64,000 nt of DNA from Cyanobacteriota bacterium (GTDB lineage Bacteria > Cyanobacteriota > Cyanobacteriia > Thermostichales > Thermostichaceae), in assembly GCA_033764955.1 (NCBI GenBank), contig JANRIL010000011.1:16896-80895 (forward strand). Reading direction: 5' to 3'. Every line of letters starts with the position of its first letter. Within the stretch, counting starts at the first letter, position 1. This document shows, one piece after another, positions 49,155-58,200 of the stretch. The notes beneath the pieces are model-generated. The model saw nothing but the letters and a program-made list of their open reading frames with translations, was not told the DNA's origin and searched no databases. The position numbers and the translations under genes were made by a program.

Positions 49155-49398
49155 ATTTTGTATTCCATCCCTCTGAAAGCACTTGTTTATAGTCTGTAGA
49201 AAGATTTTCTTCTACAGAGACACAACCAATAAATCCGCTCTCTTTGAATTTCTGATAGGAACTGTCCTCAGCGTTTGCTTTCGATTGATCTACCTGCGGA
49301 TATCGCTTTTTCAGGATTTCAATAAAATCCATCAGCAATAGTTGAGCCTCTTCAGGCAAGGCTTGAATATCTTGTTGCATCTGTTCCAGGCTAGACAT
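49141..49398 (-). CDS. VapB-type antitoxin (DUF2281-like)
   Basis: MSSLEQMQQDIQALPEEAQLLLMDFIEILKKRY is a typical small antitoxin. It overlaps vapC by 14 nt, and its ATG shares one base with the stop of the truncated methyltransferase ORF (TAATG at 49396-49400). Confidence 0.65.
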   Translation of the reverse strand: MSSLEQMQQDIQALPEEAQLLLMDFIEILKKRYPQVDQSKANAEDSSYQKFKESGFIGCVSVEENLSTDYKQVLSEGWNTKYDHR

Positions 49399-52199
49399 TA
49401 TGCAGCACCTCCAACCATCGTTTTTTCGCGGGCAACTGTCCCGATCTTCATGATATGCACTAAACTCACCACCACTGCCGCTAATCCCGGCCATTTGTAA
49501 CGGCGGGTGGCGTTGTAAATCATGCCGCCATTGTTGCAAATAAACCGGAGGCCGGTGCTGCGAGTGTCGCCCTGAGCGATGGTGTTGGTCGCAATTAAAC
49601 CAACCGTGCCGCCCCAACGCAGCAATGTAAACGATCGCCTAAAGAAGTGCGCCACCAGATCCGCATTGCCGTGAGATTCGGGATGCACAATTTTCAACCA
49701 CTCCAGATACCCCTCAGGATGGGCGTTAATCGTCGTATTTTTCCCCGCAAACGGTGGATTGCCCACGATCGCATCAAACCCCGAATTTTCCCGCTCAAAC
49801 ACTTCAGGAAACTCTAATTCCCAGTTAAACGGCTGTACTGCCTTGGTTCCCGTTGTTAGCTTGGCAACAACTGATTGAATTTCAGATTCATCCACCAATC
49901 CCTTCTCATAGCCAATCAATTTACCGCCAAATTCCTCACGATATTTCTGCCGTTGTTTGGCATTGTCACCCGCAAAGAAAGAGGCGACTGCGACTTTTGC
50001 TGTTAATCGAGCCGGTTCTAAGGCGCGATCGACATCTTGCAATAACGCCTGTTTTGTCTCCGCATCCCCATCTGATCGCGTATCCGACGTTTGAATCTGC
50101 TGTCGATACGCCAGTGCCTTCGTTGCCGACTGCTTCATTAACAACTTGTGGTCTTCAAAAAACGTTGGCTCATAAGCTGCACTTGCCCCAAAGCTACCAA
50201 TCTCTGTTCTGGTCAGCCCCACCAGCGAATCACCGCACTTGAGCGCATGATCCAAAAACGTAAACGGCAAATCTTTTGCCAGCGTCACCAACCACAGCGA
50301 CAATCGCGCCAGGTTCACCGCAAACGGGTTCTTATCCACCCCATACAAACACCGCTGCGCCACCAATCGCCGCGCCACCACCACATCCTCCACCGTCTCC
50401 GGCAGATCCGCTGGCTTGCCGTGATAGTTCCAGGCTTCCACCAACTTGTCTGCCAACTGCCGACAGGCTTCCACCAAAAACGCCGCAGAACCCATCGCCA
50501 GATCGCACACCTTCAGATCCAACAACTGCTCTGGTGTAGGATGCTCGCCTAAATTCTTCAGCACAGGCTCCAGCGTCTTCTCCACGATCGGCTGCGTCAA
50601 CTTCCGAGGCGTGTAGTGAGACCCCGATCGCCGCCGTTCCTCTCCCGGTTGCAAAAACAGACTGCCTGCCGCTAACAAATTAGGAGTTCTGGACGAAACC
50701 CGACGACCAATGGCAGCAGCAATGTCTTCTGCCGTTTTTGCCTCCTTCAACTCCTTCAAGGCTGCCCCTTTCAGTTCACACTCTGCCGCTTTGAGAATGT
50801 TGACGCGATCGGCTGGCTTTGCCGCCAGGATCTTGTCTACATCCACCACCACATCTTTCGGACGAACGGCGATCGATCGTCCGTGGGCAATCTCCACCTC
50901 ATAGCCCATGATCGCCTCATAAACCGAGCCAATCTGCTCAACATCAAGGGCACGATAGGATAATCGCTCTCCATCCAACATCAGCAGCTTATCCAGCATT
51001 CGGTAAACCACCCCATCTGAGACGCGAGGGGCTTCAATTCTGCCGAAGGTGGCAAAGTGAGAAGCGATCGGGCGACCTTCTAAAAACGGGTACTCATCTG
51101 GGTCAAACAACTGCCCATGCCGCGCGGGAAGGTACTCCTCCGTCGGGCCACCTCCGTCATACACCAGACGAAACAGACTCAACAGCGTTGCCCATGCCCC
51201 ATACCGCTGATCCATCGTGTCTGGGTAGTTGCCTGCATCCTCTCGCAACTTCTCATACAGCCCCGACACCGCGTAGTTGCGCTGATAAACCTCATCATCC
51301 GGCATCAGCCCTTCATCTTCGGCATAGAGCAGGAACACCAGCCGCATCAGCGTGGTGATCAGCCCCCCATAGATATGCTGCGGGTCAGTTTCAGCTAACT
51401 CTCTGAGGATCTTTCCATTTACTGTTGCATCCGCCGCCTGAAACCCTTTCAGTAATTCCCACAGGGCATCCAAAACCTGTTCCGCCAGTTTGGTGGAGAC
51501 CTCGGCTTGATAGTGGCGGCTATCTTCCAGCAGTTGGGGCAACCGTTGCGCTTCTGGCACGTTAAAGAGTCGTTCGGATCCGAGTAGCAGATCCAAGGCC
51601 CCCAAAATCAGACGCCCCGACACCTCGGTCATGGCCTGCACTGGGAACGTCACATGACCGGATGATTCCCCATTGGGGGCAACCACCAAGCGGATCGCGG
51701 TGCCGTTAAACAGGATCCCTTGATAGACCTTGGTTTCTCGCAACAGCCGCTCAAACTTGGCTTGAGAACTGGCTTTCCATCCGTGAGCACTTGCAAAGGG
51801 ATCCTCATCGTCAAAGGGTTGCCCTGTAGGCAGAGTTTGGATGAGCAGGATCCAGGTATCCGCTTGCCCATCCGTCCCTTTCACGGCATAGGTGGGACTG
51901 AGAACCTCGCCATAATTGGGCAAAGCTACCGTTAATTCCTCAGGGGGATCCTTTAGGTCATCAGGCAGCCACCCCAGTACAGTTTGAGTGAAACCAGGAA
52001 AATCAGGGATCCAAGCACAGGGATCCCCTCGCAGCTCAGGCGTTGTGACCGCCAGGAGCTTTTCTTGGAGATCCACCAGTTTGCCTCGATCAATAATGGC
52101 CTGCGCTTTGATCAGAGCAGGGGGAGAGACCACCAGACCGACAGGTTGTAGTAGTCCTAGCCATTCTTTGTGGCGGTAGGTGTCGAGATCTGTGCTCAT
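49398..52199 (-). CDS. drmMI: N6-adenine DNA methyltransferase, DISARM DrmMI-like, N-terminal/catalytic fragment
   Basis: SAM motif VCDLAMGSAAFLVEA and catalytic IVGNPPFAGKNT (about 49735-49776). Then GLIATNTIAQGDTRSTGL...YKWPGLAAVVVSLVHI, after which the ORF ends in 13-14 unrelated residues. Confidence 0.8.
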   Translation of the reverse strand: MSTDLDTYRHKEWLGLLQPVGLVVSPPALIKAQAIIDRGKLVDLQEKLLAVTTPELRGDPCAWIPDFPGFTQTVLGWLPDDLKDPPEELTVALPNYGEVLSPTYAVKGTDGQADTWILLIQTLPTGQPFDDEDPFASAHGWKASSQAKFERLLRETKVYQGILFNGTAIRLVVAPNGESSGHVTFPVQAMTEVSGRLILGALDLLLGSERLFNVPEAQRLPQLLEDSRHYQAEVSTKLAEQVLDALWELLKGFQAADATVNGKILRELAETDPQHIYGGLITTLMRLVFLLYAEDEGLMPDDEVYQRNYAVSGLYEKLREDAGNYPDTMDQRYGAWATLLSLFRLVYDGGGPTEEYLPARHGQLFDPDEYPFLEGRPIASHFATFGRIEAPRVSDGVVYRMLDKLLMLDGERLSYRALDVEQIGSVYEAIMGYEVEIAHGRSIAVRPKDVVVDVDKILAAKPADRVNILKAAECELKGAALKELKEAKTAEDIAAAIGRRVSSRTPNLLAAGSLFLQPGEERRRSGSHYTPRKLTQPIVEKTLEPVLKNLGEHPTPEQLLDLKVCDLAMGSAAFLVEACRQLADKLVEAWNYHGKPADLPETVEDVVVARRLVAQRCLYGVDKNPFAVNLARLSLWLVTLAKDLPFTFLDHALKCGDSLVGLTRTEIGSFGASAAYEPTFFEDHKLLMKQSATKALAYRQQIQTSDTRSDGDAETKQALLQDVDRALEPARLTAKVAVASFFAGDNAKQRQKYREEFGGKLIGYEKGLVDESEIQSVVAKLTTGTKAVQPFNWELEFPEVFERENSGFDAIVGNPPFAGKNTTINAHPEGYLEWLKIVHPESHGNADLVAHFFRRSFTLLRWGGTVGLIATNTIAQGDTRSTGLRFICNNGGMIYNATRRYKWPGLAAVVVSLVHIMKIGTVAREKTMVGGAA

Positions 52200-52211
52200 G
52201 ACAGGGATCCT

Positions 52212-55200
52212 CTAAAGTTGACCCGCTAAAAGGACAGTGTAATGCCAACCCTGGGTTTTAATTTCAGGTGCTAGTTGTTTATAATATTTCTCTGGAGTTA
52301 TTTCCACACTTACGGGATAGCGATAGATATTACTAACTCGAATCTGTGATTGATCATTGCCATATAAATCTGCTTGCAAGTACCCGATTATTCGTTGTCC
52401 ATGGAGTACTTGTCTTCTATTTTTGATGACCACAGAATCGTTAATTCTTACATGAGTTCTCAAATAATCTTGGAGTCCATCATTGTATTGCTCCTTAAAA
52501 CCAGGCCAGGAAATAAAAACTTCATCAGGGGATCCTTCTAGCCTTAGTACTTGCTGATTTATCCCTTGGAATGCTTGTTTCTTTGACCATGCCTTTTCCC
52601 GTGGCCCCCAGTCAAAGTAAAGCTCATTTTTAGCACGAGTCACGGCAACATAATAAAGTCGAGCCTCTTCGGCTGCTGAGTCTAGAATATTATTTCCATG
52701 ACCCTCAAAATTATCTCCATCATCCTTATCCATAAAGGGAAAAGTTGTGATCGAACTAGGAACGTAAACGACATCAAATTCTAGACCCTTGACTTTGTGA
52801 ATGGTGGAAATGGTGATCCCAGGATCCCGATTCGATAGAGATTGAGATAGTCGGGTAAAATCACTAGTTTTTAAATCCTGAATCATCGCCAGATGTTGGC
52901 TTAAAGTGCTATAACTTTCATATTCGACGAACGTAAGTGACCTCAGTTGCTCAATAGACTCAATTCCGTAATTTACATCGGCAAGAACAAGCTGCCGGTA
53001 TTGCTCAAGTAACTCATCCCAAATTGAAGATGTAAGTCCGGGATCAGGCTCTTGAGAAAGATAGGTTTGGCACAGATCTATCCATTCTCCAATCTCTCGT
53101 ACTTGAGCTAGTTTAAGATTATTATTGCTTTGGATCCGAAGTGGTTTAACATTACTATTTTGCAATAAATTATAGAATTGAAAAACTTCGCTATTAGTCC
53201 TGCATAATACAGCCATTGATTTAGGGTGCTCAATGTTCACACAATTATAGGCCATAACTTCTTGGGCCAAATTGACCAGTCGTGGACACTTAGGATCCAC
53301 ATCTTCAATTATCTGATGATCTATGATTCCATTTTCATCGCGATAGGCTTGAAGCGTGATATTGGCTTTAACTCGATTAGGAATTAGGTTGGTAGCAAGC
53401 ACTTGGGATCGCTGAATAATATCGAAAGTGGAGCGATAATTTACCAGCAGGTTAATCACATCACTTTGATAGTCAATCCGGAAATCTTGTAAGTATTGAT
53501 TAGCATGAAGGCGGTCGCCGCGCTTGCGAGTCCAAAGCAAAATATCTTGGTCATCATCCCCAATAACAACAACACCTGCCCCGCTACCTTGGTAAAGAGC
53601 CAAGATTACTTTATAGAAATCCTCGTTCATATCTTGGAACTCATCAACTAAGATGGCTTTATAATTCGCTGAGACCCTATTTCTAAGAGCTTCATCTGTC
53701 TGCATTGCTAGAGCAAAATTATGAAGAGTTACTTTGAGATCATTATTCCTATCCCTTACATCACTCAAACTCTTGAGCGCAAAACTATGAAAGGTATAAA
53801 CCTGCATCCGGCGAACAAAGGATCCATAGCCTAGTTGTTTGAAGAGATCCCGTACTCGCTTTTTGATTTCGTACACAACAGCACGATTAAAAGCCAAGAC
53901 TAGAATTTCATGAGGCTGAAGTCCTTGACGGTAAATCAAGTCAGCACATCGCATCATCAGGACATGAGTTTTGCCTGCTCCAGGGCCTGCATTGACTAAC
54001 AGATTTTGGTTATAGGGATGCTCACATACGTCCTTTTGTTGAGGATTAAGGCACTCTTTTGCCTGGTGAATAGCCTCTTCTCTCACTCTGCCTTGGATTT
54101 GTTTCAGTGCTGGATTGACTTCGAGAATATCATCATCGATTTCCCCAATAGTAGAATCAATCACTTTCTCTAGAGCAGTTAAAGAATCTGCTTCAAAATA
54201 GCGATCTATATAACCTGCCCGCAAGGAATCCGGTAGATAAGCATAAAGTTCCATAGCTTGGGCTCGCCGCAAAGCCATATTGTTAAGATCGTCGATAGTC
54301 TTTATCATTTTCTGATCTAACGGATGCATTTGCTCACGATCAGTTTCGATTTGATCTGGCTTGAGAATTTCTAGGATATAGCTAAAGGTTGTAATCTCAT
54401 TTGAAGCAGAGTAGATTCCTAGATTACTTATAAGCTTGATTGCAGATTGCAAGGGTTTTATCTTGACAGCTTTAGGGCAACACTTTAATAATTCATCAAG
54501 AGTCAAGTCTATTTCGTTTTGATTGGCAGGTTCTTTGTTGAGTATGGTGAGTAAAGCTTGGCTAATTTCAAGAATTAGCTTCGCTTTCTCAATCCACTTT
54601 GGAGTAAGATGATATGAGTAAAAGATAGTTTGATTGTCACTAATATTCTCATCAAAGCGAATCAAGATATCTCGCAATAATTTAACGACACTCCTGACAA
54701 CTCTTTTTTGTGCGTCCTTAATCTTCCTTTCAGACCAAGTTGCTGTCATAGATTCTTGTTGAAGATCTGCAGAAAGATCAGAAATTAGATCGTCCCAGTA
54801 AAGTCTTGGTTGCTTAGCTTTTTGATTAACAATATTCAGGATTTTCCTTAGCCACTTGAACTGCTGTTCTTGCATATCGTGATAGTGACCCTTTTTGAAC
54901 TGGATCTTGCGATTAATCTTTAGTGCCCCAACCTGACTTAGCTTCAAGATTCCTGTCCATACTTGATCCATTTGCCTCAACTGAGAGTGCCTCCACAAGT
55001 TATCAAGACTAAGATCTACCGTGGTCCACTTGTCGTTTGTGGTTCTTTCATCATTGGATTCAGTTCCTAGATCTATTGGTTCCCTTGAACTAGAAGTTAT
55101 AGTTGTTTGTATTCCCGTTAGTTGGCTTATAGGCAAAGATGTAGATCGTTGATCAGCCAATGACTGCCCGAAAAAGAAGCCTAAAACTCCTTTGGCAACA

Positions 55201-58200
55201 TTCATGATTACTTGAGAGATGGAAGAGGCTAAAGATCTAGAGTCTTTCTGATTTTCTGATGGATCGATTTTTGTTAAAGCTGTGGAGAACTCTGGAATTG
55301 AAATATCTGAATTGGCAAAATCAATCTCAGGTACAGGAACTCCACTGATAGTAAAACTGTTTGATTCAAACAAGCTTAGTAAAGCTCTTGCAACTGTAGC
55401 AGTCAGATCAGATCCCTGACTATATTGTTTCAAATTATCGGCTTTTAATTCTACTTTGAGTAATCCTGGCAAATAAGCACAAATTGTTAATCGCTCTGAA
55501 TACTCTAACCAAAATAAATATCGCCTCAGAGCATCTTCTTTAAAACTTCCAAATTCATCTATAGGGATAATAGCAATAGGATTCTCACCTTGAATTAAGG
55601 GTCTGGCTTCTGCAACAATCTCTATCCAAAGTTCTCGCAACTGAGGCACGGTGATCCGGTTTAGTTGAATCAAGGATTGTGTAGTGTCAAAGTCACCAGG
55701 TGCAAATAGTAGCTTTCCTTGAACATACTCTAAGCTAGCAGCTTCTCGACTTTCCTTGTTACGACCAATTCTACCGACTTCTTGCAAGTAATCTTCTAAA
55801 TAATTTGGCGGTGACAAATGCAAGCACCAATGAATATGAGCGATATCCATACCCATGCCAAAGGCTTTAGTACAAACTAGTACTTTTATTTCGTGATCTA
55901 GAAAACTATGATAGAGTTCGATCCGCAGATCGGCAGATAATCCGGCATGGAAATAATCTACTTGACAATCTATTTCTTCTCTTTCATTTATTAACTTAAC
56001 TAGTTCTTCTGCATGCCGCCTACGCGTAACGAAAATAATGACACTGCTACGTGAGAGATCTGCAGATCGAATTATATTCTCGACGTAACCCAAACGAGGA
56101 GATAGGGATTCAGATTGAGCAGAAAAAGTGACTTCAACATTTTCAGCAGTTAGTTGAATGAAAGGCTGAATAGGATGTCGTATTTTCTCTGGGCGAAGGA
56201 CGTAGGTATTTTGATTTGCATCGATCTCCTGCTCTAGATCCTTACGAACAATCTCTGTGATAGTTGCAGAAAATAGCAAGACCGGAATCAACTCTCCATT
56301 AGGTTGATGTCGATAAAAATGTCGAATCTCTCGCGTAGCGAATAAATAGTCAGGTCGAAATTCAAAACCCCACTGACTTACACAATGCGCCTCATCAATG
56401 ACGATGTATTCAAAACCTTGATCAAACTCAAATCGTCGCTGAATAGCCTCTCGAAAACGTGGGATTCGAAACCGTTCTGGAGCGACAAATAAAAGTTTGA
56501 TGCGGTTATCAATAATCCCTTGATAAACTTCTGATGTCTGCCAGGGATCGCGATCTCCACTGAGATAATCAACTGATTGAATAAACCCTTTGCGCCACAA
56601 GGTATTCACTTGATCCGCCATCAAAGCTCGTAACGGTGAGATTACTAGGGTGAGGCGTTGGGTAAACGCACCGCGTAGTAGAGCTGGAATATGAAACAGT
56701 ACGGACTTACCTTCACCCGTTGGGAGCCTGACTAGTACATCTTGGGTACGGGTAATGATTGCCTCGATGGCTGGCTTTTGGGTTCCTTCTCGAAAGTCCA
56801 GGTAGCCCCAATGAGCTTGCAAAAACTGTCGATAGCTTTCGTAATCTGTCGGGGGATCCCGTCGCTCAATATCGCCTAGTATATTTCGTAAAGTTTCTAA
56901 CAGTCGCTCCGGTTGCTTGAGTTTTGCCAGAGGAATCTCCCGGATAAGAATTCTTTTTTCTTGCCCCAGGGAGAGGTGGCTGAGACGGCTATCCAAAATT
57001 ATTGGCACACATGAGGGATCCTTAAACTGAAAACGAGTCCATAGCCAGGGGCCCAAGTGACGCTCAATCGCGATAGTCATTGCTGAAGCAGAAATCTGCA
57101 CTGGTAAAAGGGTAGTTCTATCCCCTCCTCCCTGACGCTCACTCTGAAGTTCTTCATCCTCGTCTAGATTTGCCCCATCTCCCTCATATCCGTCTTCGGC
57201 TTCATTCAGTATTAAATCCGGATCATTCTCTTGCTGAGCTTGGTCGAGTAGCCACCACTCCTCTAATGGCAACGCTTCAATCAGGGGTAACACCTTGCAC
57301 CCTAAAGTGGCAGCCGCATCCAAAAACCGATCCACCTGGTCTATAGCCGATATCACTAACGGTTTGCTCCGCCGCCGTACTTTTTCAAAATGTCGTAGTA
57401 TCGACCCTCCCGATCGTTCAATTGTCAGTCCCAAAGTCGCTATTGCTTGTTCAATGGCTCTTGCTTCCCCCGCCTCATCCACCAGTAATAACAGCATCAC
57501 ATCGGGATCCGTCTGATAATGCACCGACAAAACCCGCAGCAGCAAATCATCCCAATAGCGAAGCCGATTACCAGAACCCGGTGATAGTCCTTCCCGAATT
57601 CCACCGGGATCCTTCCAGCGGGGCAATATCACCTCCCACTGACTGCTGTAGTTATGAGGTGTGACATCTTCAGACTGCTGGATCTTTTCAAATAAATCCG
57701 CCAGATCGGCTCCCAGCAGCCGCAAAGCCCAGGGAAACTGCCGCTCTTGTCGACCCCGCAGTGGGTCATACTCTAGCCAACAGTGGAGTGGTTTCTTATC
57801 TACTCCCCACTGGAATAAATCAACTCCTTCTGGAATGTTGAACAGCATCCGCCCTGCCAAATCAGACGTTTGGGAAATCAGGGATCCTAGTCCCTGCCTA
57901 ACTTTTTCCGTCGATAAGGGTTCTAGGTGTATCCTCTCAAAGATTCCTTCCTCTGGATACAGAGGGATAATGTCTTCTGGGATTGGCAGATTTATTGGCA
58001 AATCATGATAGGCTATTGCCCCTATAACTCCATCTCCTGATTCTCCAGCAGTGATTGGATTGTCTATAGCTTCGTAGAGTAACGAATCTAGCCCTTCCCT
58101 TAACCACATTGGAATCATCCGGAGCACCACTTGAACCTGTTGACGCTCTGCCTGACGCACCACTACTGCCACGGCTCGTAGATCCCGTCGCTCAGGATGA

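Noticed and set aside
49399-49617. Long (158-aa) version of the antitoxin ORF
   Set aside because: The first 73 codons overlap the methyltransferase 3' end in another frame and translate to His/Arg/Gln-rich sequence. The recognisable antitoxin begins at the ATG at 49398.
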